DNA of 64,000 nt from the human T2T-CHM13v2.0 reference genome, Homo sapiens (GCF_009914755.1 NC_060941.1); one strand, 5' to 3'. Shown: positions 15,813 to 37,669, counted from the stretch's first letter. Notes: a model not told the origin generated them from the sequence alone. Numbers and translations are program-made.

Positions 15813-17191
15813 CTGTAAACGTAGTGGAGGTAGGCGTGGTGGGGGCAGGAGTCGACGCTGTAGTTGATGCTTGGTGTATAAACCAGATCACAGATGCCCC
15901 TGCCCATGAGCCCACCCGCAGCCCTGCACACAGCTCTGAGCCTGGGCGGGGGTCTGGAATGCTACTATGGGAAGGGGCTGCAGCCTGGACCACTCATGTC
16001 TCCCTGGTCTCTAGGAGACTCCAGAGCCTCATAGGCAGGTGGGGCTGGGCAGGGTCCAGGGAGGACGCTGAGCTGGCCCTGGGAGGGTTAGAGGGGGCTG
16101 GGAAGAGCCTAAGGGCAGCTGGAGACCAGCTGAACTTGAGCAACCTGCTGCTTATGACAGTGCCTTGGTCAATCTCCACCCCCAGCCCTATTTATCCAGC
16201 AAAAACAGGAGCAGAGTGGGAACTTGCACAGTGACCCTAGATCTGTGACATCAAAGGTCAGGACCAGCCCTGAATGAAATCATCATATTCAGGAAGAACT
16301 TTGACTTTGGGCAAGTTACAAAACTTCAATGATGGGGATGCCCCCTTCTCAGGGGTATTGTGAGGACCCATTGAGACAATGCACGTTCAGCACTTTGCAA
16401 ACTAGAACATGCCCCAGAGGCTCCGGGTGCAACCTGGGGCCCCAAGGACTGTGGTGCTCCTTCCATGCCACAAGGGCCCTCGAGCCATCCTGCTTATCTT
16501 CTGAGGGACAGCAGAACAAGCCCAACAAATAAACCCATGCAAACCGAGGCACTGGGACCCCTGAGCTAACGCTCCCAGGAGTGTCTGCATTCTAGAAGGA
16601 CATAGGAAGAAATATCATTAAGTCCACACACACAAATGGCTCATGGTGGGATGTCAGGGACCAGGAATGCAGCCGTTTGACTGTGAAGACCTTTCTGGAC
16701 TTGGGAATTAGACCCCAGCACCCCGACTATGCTGAGCCTCTTTTTCCCCCAGGTTAGATATGGAATGGGAGATGGGAACAGCAGCTATGAAGCCCCAGCC
16801 CAGAACTCCACCAAAAGCAGGACACACCTGGGCACCAGAGGTCTCCAAAAAGCAATGGCAAGGACTGGGGTCTCTGGGTACCATGGGAAGGCATCCCTTT
16901 GGCCCATGGGCTGAAACTGGGACCATCACCTTGTCCTCAGGCACTGAGCTGTGCAGAGGTAAAAAATGTGCCTAGAAAGGCTTAATCCCGTCGTGGAGGG
17001 AGCCCTGGGAGCCATGGGGGCATTGAAGAGAGGCCCTGCTCCCCCAGTCCCAGGTGGTCAGTCAGGGTTCTATGAGACTCGGGACTCAAGTGATAGATCA
17101 CTCAGTGACAATTAAATCACTTGAGTAGGACCTCAGAGACCAGGACAGAGCAGGCCCTGAGAGACACACACATATATACACTCCCTCTTAC

Positions 17192-17530
17192 CTGGGTCAA
17201 TGGTCACTTGAACTGTGACCCCAAGGTCATTTCCAGTTTTCTCAATTCCACACCAGTAAGTGTCAGCATCAGTTTTCATGAGATCCTCCATGGTCACAGT
17301 GAACGTGCGGTTTTTCTGATTGTCCTTGATGGACACCCGGTCCCTCTTCACCTCCTGCTCTGACCCACTGGTTTTAACAAGGATCTTGCAGTCACGCCAA
17401 ATAGCTCCTCGACACCACCACTTCAAGTAGGTCTCCCAGCCTGATCTGTAAACACACTGCACGGTCAAGGAGCCCCGCTCCAAGCCATTCACTGTTGTTG
17501 GACCGGTGATTTGAGTGGCAATGGAGTAGC
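17192..17530 (-). CDS. CD300LF: CD300LF exon 2, Ig V-type domain
   Basis: Translates GYSIATQITGP...VQCVY...KWWCRGAIWRDCKIL...DADTYWCGIEKTGNDLGVTVQVTIDP, the CD300-type V domain with an extra Cys pair; acceptor TTTTCCAG, donor GTAAGA; 339 nt. Confidence 0.98.
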
Positions 17531-17917
17531 CTGGAAAACACAAATTCATGTGCTGTCACCTCCCACCCCAAGGGCAGGGCCACAGCTTTCTGTTTAGGGA
17601 ATAGCTCCCAAATCCAAGTTTCACAGGTTAAATAACAGTCAAGGAAGAAATACACCTTCCGCAGACAAAACTTTTGTCCTTCAGCTTTCCACTGGGTCAA
17701 AGCCACCAGGAAAATCACTGAAGAGCACAACAACGGATCCCCCCAAAAATAAAAATATTGGCATAAGCAATAATAACTTCCTGCAGTTCACCCCTCTCTC
17801 CACCCTACGGCCAAGGTAATCTGTATATTTCAAGGAATGTCCTTTTGCAGCCATCTTTGTGTTAGTCCAGTGTGGTGGGGAGGAAATACCAGGAGACCCC
17901 TTTCCACAGGGTCTTAC

Positions 17918-17969
17918 CTTGACTCTTAGCACTGATGACCCTCATGAGGTCGAGCTGAGGCAGCCACAT
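17918..17969 (-). CDS. CD300LF: CD300LF alternative N-terminal coding exon (MWLPQLDLMRVISAKSQ-G)
   Basis: ATG at 17969; strong donor AAG|GTAAGA; 52 nt, phase 1, in frame with the Ig exon 388 nt downstream; matches my recollection of an annotated isoform N-terminus. Confidence 0.7.
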
Positions 17970-18119
17970 CAGATGGCTGTGGAGAGGCTGTCCTGGTGGT
18001 CCTAATGATTTCTAGTGGTTCTGGAATAAACCACCCTGGATGAATGCCTTTGAAGTTGATCAAAACAGCAACGGCAACTGGTCTCCATGTGCTATAGGAT
18101 CCATACAACACAGATCCCA

Positions 18120-23290
<5,171 letters not shown>

Positions 23291-23411
23291 GGCTGGGCGC
23301 GGTGGCTCACGCCTGTAATCCCAACACTTTGGGAGGCCAAGGCGGGTGGATCACTTGAGGTCAGGAGTTCGAGACCAGCCTAACCAACATGGTAAAACCC
23401 CATCTCTACTA

Positions 23412-23630
<219 letters not shown>

Positions 23631-25537
23631 TTAATCCCAGCAACTCAGACGGCCAAGGCAGGAGGATCACTTGAGCCCAGGAGTTGAGGCTGCAGTGAGC
23701 TATGATCATGCCACCACACTCCAGCCTAGGCAACAGACTGAGACCCCAACTCAAAAAAAATAAAAAACCTTCCTTTCTCACAGAAAACAAACTTCCGGAT
23801 GGGTATTTTTTTTCTTGGGTGTTTTAAAACGATAAATTATTTAGAAGAGGGAAACAGGGTAAGCACACTTGCTGCTTGTGGGTGGAAGTTCTGCAGGAGA
23901 GGCTGGCAAGAGCTGATGCATGCAGGTTCACAGTGGTATCCGGGCTCCATGTTGGCGCCCATAGCTGTGCCTGCTGGCTTTTCTGCCCACTTCAGACAGA
24001 GGTCCCAAACCACTCCCACTCCCAACACGACTCTCACATCTGCTCACTACCAAATTCTCTCATTTCCAGGTGTCAGAAAAAAAGCAGCCATACCTGTCCT
24101 GGTCTCACTGTGCCAATGCATTTCATAACATCTCACCCAAAGTCTGCCTTCTCCACTTACATGCTGAAACTCGGGGCCAAGTGTCCATGAGCCACTCCCT
24201 GCTCTTCCTGTACCAGCCTAGCAGTCCTGGACAAGTCACTTTCTTCCCCAAGACCTTTTCTCCAATCTGTCCCACCAGGATCTTCTGAAGCATGAGGCAA
24301 AGCCGTGCTGACCTCCCTCTTCCTCAGACGTGCCCAGTCCAAGCTCATTCCTACACAAGAGCCCTCGTATCTACTGTTCCCTGTGCCTGGAAAGCTGGTC
24401 CCGATCCTGTGTCTGATCCTTTTCCTAGGTCTCGGCTCGGACAGGCATCTGGGACCCTCTTCAGGGGGGTTGTTTCAGCCCACCTGACTTACAGCATCCC
24501 CCTACCTGGGTCCCACTGTAACATATCATCTTGTTCTGTTTTCCTCACAGTACTTATCACTTCTCACTTCTTGAAATTATTTTTTTGTTTTCTTTCTTTT
24601 TTTTTCTTTTTTCTTTTTTCTTTTTTTTTTTTTTTTGAAACAGAGTCTCGCTCTGTCACCCACGCTGGAAGGCAGTAGTGTGATTACAGGTCACTGCAGC
24701 CTCCAACTCCTGGGCTCAAGTGATCCTCATGCCTCAGCCTCCAGCCTCCCAAGTAGCTGGGACCATAGGCACATGCCACCATACCTGGCTAATTTTTGTA
24801 CTTTTTGTAGAGACAGGGTTTCCACATGTTACCCAAGCTGGTCTCGAATCCCTGAGCTCAAGCAATCAGCCTCCCAAAGTGCTGGGATTACAGGAATGAG
24901 CCTCTTTCCCTGGCCTCCCTTCATTTTTAATAAAAATTGTATGCACCAACTTAAGGTGTCTCCTGCCCTCTGGCTCTGCCCACATCTCAGTCCCTCCTTT
25001 CCTCTACGTCCCTGCCAGTCTTATCTCCTCTTGACCTTTCCGTCCCTCAGCAACTTCTACTATTTCCTTCTGCCCCAAATGCCTAGAACCACCACTCCCT
25101 CTCTGCCCAGCAAACTCCCTCTTCCCTCCTTTCAAAGCCCTCCAGCCTCACCTCTTCCCTGACGCCTGCCCTTGCTCAGAACACCTCCACGCAGGTGACA
25201 GATCACCCAGTCCAGGATCAGGCAGTCGCCTGCTCTCCTGAGCAGCCCATGTTCCTCCTCTGCTTTTCCCTGGCCGGCGGGGCCTACAGTCTGTCCATTT
25301 CACATGATCAGCCCCTGGGGGTCAGGAATTCTGCCTTGCACTGGCTTCATTATGAAGGTCATGCCCTGTATTCCTGCCTTGGCAACGGAAATGCTAGGTG
25401 AATGGTGGGTATGTGGATGAAACGCACAAGGCTCATGCCATTAAGGACACCTTCTGGCCGGGTCCCTTCTTCCCTCTCTCAGCCACCTCCTCCTGCTTGC
25501 TAAGCTTCCCCAAGAAGACAGACCCAGGCCCGCTCAC

Positions 25538-25580
25538 CTGAGAGCCAGAAGAGGAGCAGGTAGAGTGTCAGCAGGGGCAT
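25538..25580 (-). CDS. CD300LF: CD300LF coding exon 1 (signal peptide MPLLTLYLLLFWLS-G)
   Basis: ATG at 25580; hydrophobic leader; donor CAG|GTGAGC; 43 nt, phase 1 matches exon 2. Confidence 0.97.
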
Positions 25581-25619
25581 CTTCTCTTCAGACAGGTCCC
25601 CGTTCCCCTCAGTGGAGCC

Positions 25620-25740
25620 TGGCAGCAGGAACAAACTACAGACTCCCAGCCTTCTGCTGGTACTCACTCTCGCCCTTGAACTTCCTCCTTCAGTCACTTC
25701 CCATGGGTGAAAGAGACTAAAAGAGGAAGGAGGTGGTTGG
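25620..25740 (-). promoter_or_regulatory. CD300LF proximal promoter with ETS/PU.1-type motifs
   Basis: GAGGAAGT and GGGAAGTG on minus, AAAAGAGGAAG on plus, within about 160 nt of the ATG; no CpG island, typical of myeloid promoters. Confidence 0.5.
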
Positions 25741-26702
25741 TTGGGCACCGTGGCTCAGGCCTGTAATCCTGGCACTTTGGGAGGCCAAGGCGGGCGGATC
25801 ACGAGATCAGGAGTTCAAGATCAGCCTGGCCAACATAGTGAAACCCCGTCTCTACTAGAAATACAAAAATTAGCCAGGCGTGGTGGCGCACACCTGTAGT
25901 CCCAGCTACTCAGGAGGCTGAGACAGAAGAATCGCTTGAACCTAGTAGGCGGAGGTTGTAGTGAGCCGAGATCGTGCCACTTGCACTCCAGCCTGGGTGA
26001 CAGAACAAGACTCTGTCTCAAACAAAAACAAAAAAAAAAAAAAAAAGAGGAAGGAGGTGGAAAGGGTGAAATTTCGAGGCAGTTGACAATGCAAGGGGTC
26101 ACAGGAATCATCAGCTTCTGAGAAGTACCTCTCTGTACACAGCCACCGTGGGTTCTCTAAAAAGAGAACTTCGTGGCTCCTCTGTCATGTGGAAACCTGC
26201 AGACAGATCCACTGGGTCTGGCCAGCCCTTATCCAATCCTCCAAACCTGGTGGGTTGGCTGGGGGCAGGGGCACGCGGCTCCACCAGAGGGGTCCTGGAG
26301 AGCCACGGCTGATAGACACGATGTCCTAAACCTGGAGCTTCAGGTGTAGCCAGATGCTTGGGAGCCCAGAAGGCCAGAAGTTCAAGAGGATTGAGGGGCA
26401 CTTGTGGCCAAAGTCAGAAAGCCAGAGGAGAGATTCCAGACCAAAGGTTGGAAGGCAGCTATGAGGAGATTGGGTATCCAACCCCAGACTACAAGGCCAG
26501 GTACGGTGGCTCACACCTGTAATCTCAGCACTTTAGGAGGCTGAGGCAGGAAGATCACTTGAGGCCAGGAGTTCAAGACCAGCCTGGGCAACATGGCAAG
26601 GCTTCATCTCCACAAAAAAAAAAAAAAAAAAAAAAAAAAAGTCAGGCATGGTGGCTCATGCCTGTAATCCCAACACTTTGGGAGGCCAAGGTAGGCAGAT
26701 CA

Positions 26703-26948
<246 letters not shown>

Positions 26949-27106
26949 TTAGTTCTGCAGAGTCATGCATGCCTGTAGTCCAAGCAATCTGGGAAGCTAA
27001 GGCCTGAGGATTACCTGAGCCCAAGAGGTCGAAACTGCAGTGAGCTATGATTGAGCCACTGTTCACTGTACTCCAGCCTGGGCAACAGAGCAGACGCTGT
27101 CTCTTT

Positions 27107-27108
<2 letters not shown>

Positions 27109-27146
<38 letters not shown>
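27109..27146 (+). repeat. (CA)n microsatellite
   Basis: Directly visible. Confidence 0.95.
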
Positions 27147-27150
<4 letters not shown>

Positions 27151-29365
27151 GCACAGAGAGGTTCAGAGAGAAGGGAGATGCAAGCAGGGAACTACTGGCC
27201 CACTGACAAGAGGCGCTTTGTCCTGAGAACACGAAGGAAGCTCCTACTGCTGTACCCCAGCCCACCAGGTGAGATCCCAGGGATACCTACATCTGGAATC
27301 TTCCAGAAACCTGTCCATTGTACCAGGGGGTCTACCTGAGGAAACCAGTTCATTGCTCAGGACTATTATCCCCTCGCTCCACCCCTCACCTTATAACTAT
27401 TTGTTGAAGGAAGGAAGGAAGAAAGGAAGGACCAGTTTTGCCCCTCACTCTCCTCCTTCTGACAATCATGTCCATCCCCCATCTCTCCTTTCCCATCAAG
27501 ACCCCAGCAAGTCCCTAGGGTCGGGACTGGGGATATAAAAGGATTAGGAAGGGCCAGACTCAGTGGCTCACACTTGTAATCCCAGCATTTTGGGAGGCCA
27601 AGGCAGGTGGATCACCTGAGGTCAGGAGTTCGAGATCAGCCTGGCCAACATGGCAAAACCCCGTCTCTACTAAAAATACAAAACTTAGCCGGGTGTGGTG
27701 GTGGGTGCTTATAATCCCAGCTACTCAGGAGGCTGAAGCAGGAGAATAACTTGAACACAGGAGGTGGAGATTGCAGTGAGCTGAGATCGCACCATTGCAC
27801 TACAGCCTGGGCAACAAGAGTGAAACTCCATCTCAAAATAAATAAATAAATAAAAATAAATAAAAGGATTAGACCTTTCTCACCTTCTGCACCTGGAGCC
27901 ACTTTTGCCATGTGTCACATACACCCTGTGACATCTTGACAAGGGAGTGAGTCTCAAAGAGGGACGCAACCCCCTCACACCCTAATCAGGAATGAGTGGG
28001 TGTGCAGAGGGTTATTTGCACAGAAAACCACAGCAGCTGATAAGCCATGGCTTTTCCAGGACGTGGCCAGAGATGGCTTCTCGCTTTACATATCTGCAGA
28101 CCATAAAGTAGGTCAAGAATCCGGGGTGAGGGCTTGGCCAGCCCTTTGGTCCCTGCTGCATGTCAATAGGTCCTCTGCCCAGGGCACCATGCAGATACTC
28201 AGAGAGCAATCAGCCCTCTGCAGTAGGGAAGCCATTGGCTTCCAGGAAAAAGGACCAGGAATGGGGGCTGCCCTGAAAAACAAGGGGCAGATGCATCGAG
28301 GGTGGTGGGGTAAGCTTTCTTCTCCTGGGCATGAGCAACAAGGAGGGAACAGCACTGTCTGTTAGAACTGCCTGTGGCCAGACCCTCTGATCGTGGCCTC
28401 TCCCAGACCTGGCCTCCCCAAGAAGGATTCCCCTTTGAAACAAGAACAGAGAATTCAGGCCGGGCACGGTGGCTTACACCTGTGATCTCAACTCTTTGGG
28501 AGGCTGAGGCAGGCGGATCACCTGAGGTCAGGAGTTCAGGACCAGCCTGGCCAACATGTCGAAACCCCATCTCTACTAAAAAATACAAAAAATTAGCCGG
28601 GCATGGTGGTGGATGTCTGTAATTCTAGCTACTAAGGAGGCTGAGGCAAGAGAATTGCTTGAACCCGGGAGGCAGAGGTTGCAGTAAGCCGAGGTCACAA
28701 CACTGCACTCCTCCAGCCTGGGTAACTGAGCAACACACTGTCTCAAAAAGAAAAAGCAGAGAATTCGCCAAGTGGTTCTGAGTAGCTGCTCCTCTAACCA
28801 AGTGCCTATGGGGAATACAGGGGAATCGGCTCTTCTGCAGGCCTTGCGTCCTCAAAAACTCATTTGAACCTGTAATCCTGGTTTGACCATTGACCTATAC
28901 ACAAGCCAGTTATATCCCTGGGCTTCCCTGTCCCCATATGTGAAAGCAGGGATTAGACAGGTCATCTGAGATTCTCCCTGCTCTAACGCACCTATGTATG
29001 TATGTATGTGTGTGTGTGTGTGCATGTATGTACGTGAATGGTTGAACCTGTCATTCTGCCCTGGCCTTGTGTGCTCTGCTAGGGGACTCTGTCTAGCACC
29101 TAAGAACCAGTCTCTGTTTTTATAAATCATAATTCTTCTCAGAAACCATTCCTGAGCCCTTTTAGTTCCCCTCACTTCCAATTGCACTTTATCTTTCCCA
29201 ACCACTTGTGCTATGTTTCATATTTTCCATCATTATTACATTGAATCCTCACTATAAATCTAGAGGAAAGGTGATGCGTTTCTCATTTTTCAAAGAAATT
29301 GAGACGCAGAGAGCAAGTGACGTGTCCAAGGTCACATAGCTAGTAAGTGGCAGAGCCAAGATTCA

Positions 29366-29701
<336 letters not shown>

Positions 29702-29704
29702 TTA

Positions 29705-31125
<1,421 letters not shown>

Positions 31126-32782
31126 TGGGTTAGAGAAAAAAAAAGGGCTCTTTGATTTTCAGAATAGAGCACCTGTCATCTTTGCTACCTGCTCCTTGAC
31201 AAAGTGGAAGAGCTGCAATTGAGGCTCCCCCTGCCTAGAAAATTTGATCTTGTTTTTAAGCACCTATTAATTGGCTAGATGTATTTGGAAAAAAAAACAA
31301 GCGTTTGTTCAGCAACAGGTAGGCTAAACTTGGGCATCCCCTTAGCTTTCATCAGATTCCCCAGTGCAATGCACCTCCTCAACACACACACAGACTTTTT
31401 CCCACTACAAAAGTAATGTGTGTTTGTTAGAGAAAAACAGTGAAATACAGATGAACACAAAGAATGCATCTTAAGTCACTCCGAATCCTGCCACACAGAA
31501 ATAACTGCTGTTAAATATATGTGTGTGTATCTATTACCAATCTTTTGTTCTTCTGTAGAAAAGCAATTTATTTCAGGTTACATGAAGGATCACTCATGTA
31601 TGAGTTTGCTTTACCAACTGGACTACTACCTTTATTAGGGCATTTTAATACAGGAAAAACATAAAAAGTATGGCAGTGGAGGGTGTTGATAATGGGGAAG
31701 GTTATACATCTGTGGGGGAAAAGGGTCTGTGGAAAAATCCCTGTATCTTCTGCCCAGTGTTAATGTGAACCTAGAAATTCTCTAAAAATTAAATCCTATT
31801 TTATAAAAAAGAGAGACATGGCCGAAAATACCAGCTCTGAAATACCTCCAGTTAATACTTTCTTTAAAAAGGTAAAATGCAGGCCAAGTTTGGTGGCTCA
31901 CACCTTTAATCTCAGCACTTTGGGAGGCCAAGATGGGTGGATTACTTGAGCCCAGGAGATCGAGACCAGCCTGGGAAACATGGTGAAACCCCAACTCTGC
32001 AAAAAATACAAAAAAATTAGCTGGGCACAGTGGCATGTGCCTGTAGTCCCAGTTACTTGGGAGGCTGAAGTGGGAGGATCACCCGAGCCCAGAGAGGTCG
32101 AGGCTGCAGTGACTCGTCATCATGAGCCACAGCACTCCAGACTGGGCAACACAGCAAGAACTCATCTCAAAAAAATAAATAAATAAAATAAAATAATTTG
32201 CTCACAATTACCTTTCTTTTTCTTTTCCTTTTTTTTCTTTTGAGATGGGTTCTCACTGTGTCACCAAGGCTAGAGTACAGTGGTGCAATTATAGCTCAAT
32301 GCAGCTGTAATTCTGGAAAATCTCCTGGACTCAAGTAATCCTCCTGCCTCAGCCTCCCCAATAGCTGGGAATACAGGCATGCACCACCAAGCCCAGCTTA
32401 TTGTTTTATTTATTGTAGAATAGGGTCTTCCTATGTTTTCAAGCTGGTCTCGAACTCCTGGGCTCAAGTGATCCTCCTGCCTTTGGCCTCCCCAAGCACT
32501 GGAATTACAAGTGTGAGCCACTGTACCTGGCCAAGCAAATTATTTAAATAAATTTTTTAAAACATAGAAAAAGATTAAATGAAAAGTAAAAGTCTTATCT
32601 CCATTTCCCACCTACCAGCCCCAGAACCTCAAAGGCAATCCTCTTGGCCTCTATTGCCTCCCTGAGAAAAGTTAATCATACTCCAGCAGATAAACCTAAG
32701 TAACATATACACATTCATCATACTATATACATCACTCTGCCCCCTGCTTCTTTTGCTTAATAATGAACTTTCTCCCAAACAG

Positions 32783-33990
<1,208 letters not shown>

Positions 33991-34200
33991 GGGACATACA
34001 GTACATACAGATCTTCCTCATCCTTTTACTGTTTTCACAGTACTGCATTGTATGTATATTCTAGAGTTTACTTCACTAGTCTCTACTGCTGAATTATTTG
34101 TTCTTACAAACACTACAATGAGCATCCTTATACACATATCTTGGTTTACTTTTTTTTTTTTTTTTTGAGATGGAGTCTTGTTCTGTCACCCAGGCTGTAG

Positions 34201-34425
<225 letters not shown>

Positions 34426-34657
34426 TGAGCCACCACGCCTGGTCCTCTTGGTTTATTTTTGCAAGGAAAGCCATAGAGTTGCTGAGTCAAAGGAATTTGC
34501 ACTTGAAACCTTGATAGATATTGTCAGTTGCTATCCAAAATGGTTGCTCAATGTATACTCCCACTAATAGTGTATGTATGAGTGCCTGTTTCCCCAAATC
34601 TAAGCCAGTACTGACCATTACCAAACTTTTATCAAGCCGCTATACATTATATTGTCA

Positions 34658-35352
34658 TTGTATCGGTTAGGGTTCTCCAGAGAAACAGAAACGGTAAGCT
34701 ATATATATGGAAAGAAAGAGAGATTTGTCAGCCAGGCACAGTGGCTCACGCCTGTAATCCCAGCACTTTGGGAGGCTGAGGACGGTGGATCACGAGGTCA
34801 GGAGATCGAGACCACAGTGAAACCCCATCTCTACCAAAAATACAAAAAATTAGCCGGGCGTGGTGGCGGGCGCCTGTAGTCCCAGATACTTGGGAGGCTG
34901 AGGCAGGAGAATGGCGTGAACCCGGGAGGCAGAGCTTGCAGTGAGTCAAGATCGTGCCCCTGCACCCTGGCCTGGGCGACAGAGCGAGACTCTGTCTCAA
35001 AAAAAAAAAAAAAAAGAAAGAGAGAGAGATTTGTCCGAGAAATTGGCTTACATGACTGGGGGCTGGCAAGTCCAAACTCTGTAGGGCCAGCCCAAAGGCT
35101 GTAAATTTTCAGGCGAGAGTTGATGCTACAAACACGAGGCAGAATTTCTGCTTCCTCAGGGAAACCTCAGTTTTGCTCTTAAACTCTTTCAATTAATCAG
35201 AGGACACTCACCCAGATTACTGAAGACTTAAAGTCAGCTGCTTGGAGATGTTAACAACATCAACAAAGTACCTTCACAGCAACATCTAGATTAGTGTTTA
35301 ATTGAATAAGTAGGACTATAGTCCAGCCAAGTTGACACATAAAACTAACCAC
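34658..35352. mobile_element. MLT2 (ERVL) LTR interrupted by an AluY
   Basis: TTAGGGTTCTCCAGAGAAACAGAA...GCCAAGTTGACACATAAAACTAACCAC. Confidence 0.75.
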
Positions 35353-36760
35353 ATGTACACAAAAATATATCAACCTATTCACATCCTTTGTTCACTTTTC
35401 TATTGAAGTTTTCTTCTGAGAGCTCTCCTTATATGAGGGATATTACCATATGTCATATGTCTCGAAAATATCTTCCCTGTACCATTTCTCATTCGACTTT
35501 GTTTGTGGAATCTTCTGTCAACCAAAACATTTTTATTGCAGCAAATCTATCGATCTTTTCTTTATGGCATCTGAATTTCCTGTCTTGTTAAGAAGGTCAC
35601 TCAGAGCCACTTTAGGAGCCATGGTAACCATCCCATTTATCAGGTTTTCTAAAAGCTGTCCCTGAATAATAAAGTCACAGAAAAGCAGCAATAGTGTACT
35701 TAGACAGCATTAGCCTGGCTCCCATTGAGAGGCCTGGATAAAGTAGGATTTAATGTTATGCCCTGCATTTATCAAGGGTCGATACAACAGCTTTAGAAAA
35801 AGCTTTGCGTCTTCCGCAAAGTTGCAATTGCCCATTTTGTTATTCAAGGCCCCTTGCAGAAGGATCCACTTAACAGATTATAGCAGTGTATAACAGGAGA
35901 AAATACTCGATGGAAAGGACTCAGGCATACAATGTCAGACAAGTACCATACACCCCACCTGGTTTTCCCCTTTGCCTTGATTGTCAGGAAACCTATAACC
36001 AAACACAATGCTCAAACGCAGTAACAACCTAACCTCACTCTGGGATGGAAGATTTGCCCCAGCCCACCCCACCCCTACACACACACCCCTATTCTTTGTA
36101 TATTTTTTCAGGCAATTTCTTGAACTGCCTTCTCGTACTTGTGGGTTTGTTTGAAACCACCTGTCCCCATTGGAAGTGAATGAGGCACAAATACAGATAT
36201 AAACAAAATGACTCAAGAAAGAACAAAGACGCTTGTCTGAATGGTGGCAAAGTTGACCCAGAGGTTTCTGTCTGAACCACAATTAACTAACTTTTTTTTT
36301 TTTTTTTTTTTGAGACGGAGTCTCACTCTGTCGCCCAGGCTGGAGTGCAGTGGCGTGGTCTCGGCTCACCACAACCTCTGCCTCCTGGATTCAAGTGATT
36401 CTCGTGCCTCAGCCTCCTGAGTAGCTGGGACTACAGGCGCGCATTTTTGCCTGGCTAATTTTTGTATTTTTAGTAGAGACGGGGTTTCACTATGTTGGCA
36501 GGCTGGTCTCAAACTCCTGACCTCGTGATCCACTTGCCTTGGCCTCTCAAAATGCTGGGATTACAGGCATGAGCCACCGCACCCGGCCGTAACATTTTCA
36601 TAAATGCGAAGAGAAACACAAAGAGGGAAGGCATGGTGACAAATCTGGACCCAAAGTTGACATTCAGCTTCTCCAAGCAGTGAAACTGGGAACCAACTTG
36701 GAGAAATTTAAGGAATTTTCAGCAGCTGTTGGGTGGCGAGAGAAGCTCTGCTGGGTTATC

Positions 36761-37209
36761 TGTGAAACCAGAAAATCTGAGACAAGTCTCAGTTAATTTA
36801 GAAAGTTTATTTTGCCAAGGTTCAGGACGTGCCCATGACACAGCCTCAGGAAGTCCTGACGACATGTGGCCAAGGTGGTCAGGGCACAGCTAGGCTTTAC
36901 ACATTTTAGGGAGACGTGAGACATCAATCAAGATATGTTAAGAAGTGCATTGGTTTGGTCTGGAAAGGCGGGACAACTCAGAAGCAAAGGCAGAAGACTG
37001 GAAACATGGAGGGAGCTTCCAGATCACAGATAGTTGCATTCTTTTGAGTTTCCAATGAGCCTTTCCAAAGGAGGCAATCAGATATGCATCTATCTCAGTG
37101 AGCAGATGGGTGACTTAGATGAATAGATGGGAGGTAGGTTTGCCCTAAGCAGTTTGCAGCTTGAGCTTTCCTTAGTGATTTTGGGGGCCTAAGATATTTT
37201 CCTTTCACA
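36761..37209 (-). mobile_element. MER4A-family solo LTR
   Basis: Minus strand begins TGTGAAAGGAAAATATCTTAGGCCCCCAAAATCACTAAG; TG...CA ends; 4-bp TSD TATC. Confidence 0.8.
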
Positions 37210-37213
37210 TATC

Positions 37214-37645
37214 TGTCTCATGTGTCCGTGTGAAGAGACCACCAAACAGGCTTTGTGTGAGCAACGTGGCTGTTTATTTCACCTGGGTGCAGGCAGGCTG
37301 AATTCGAAAAGAGAGTCAGCAAAGAGCAGTGGGATTATCATTGGTTCTTACAGGTTTGGGGATAGGCAGTGGAGTTAGGAGCAATGTTTTGCGGGCAGGG
37401 ATGGATCTCACAAAGTACATTCTCAAGGGTGGGGAGAATAGAAAAGAACCTTCTTAAGGGTAGGGGAGATGACAAAGTACATTGACCAGTTAGGGTGGGG
37501 CAGAAACAAATCACAATGGTGGAATGTGATCAGTTAAGGCTATTTTCACATCTTTTGTGGCTCTTCAGTTGCTTCAGGCCATCTGGATGTATACGTGCAG
37601 GTCACAGGGGATATGATGGCTTAGCTTGGGCTCAAAGGCCTGACA
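37214..37645 (-). mobile_element. HERV-H solo LTR (LTR7 family, probably LTR7B)
   Basis: Minus strand begins TGTCAGGCCTTTGAGCCCAAGCTAAGCCATCATATCCCCTGTGACCTGCAC and ends GCCTGTTTGGTGGTCTCTTCACACGGAC; 5-bp TSD ATATC. Confidence 0.88.
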
Positions 37646-37669
37646 ATATCTAAGGTAATGGATTTAGGC

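Noticed and set aside
35590-36290. Non-repetitive AT-rich stretch (also about 2300-2680, 3040-3630, 39000-39900) as a possible gene relic
   Set aside because: The frames I checked by eye gave no recognisable protein or RNA-gene motif; a BLASTX/Dfam search would be needed.
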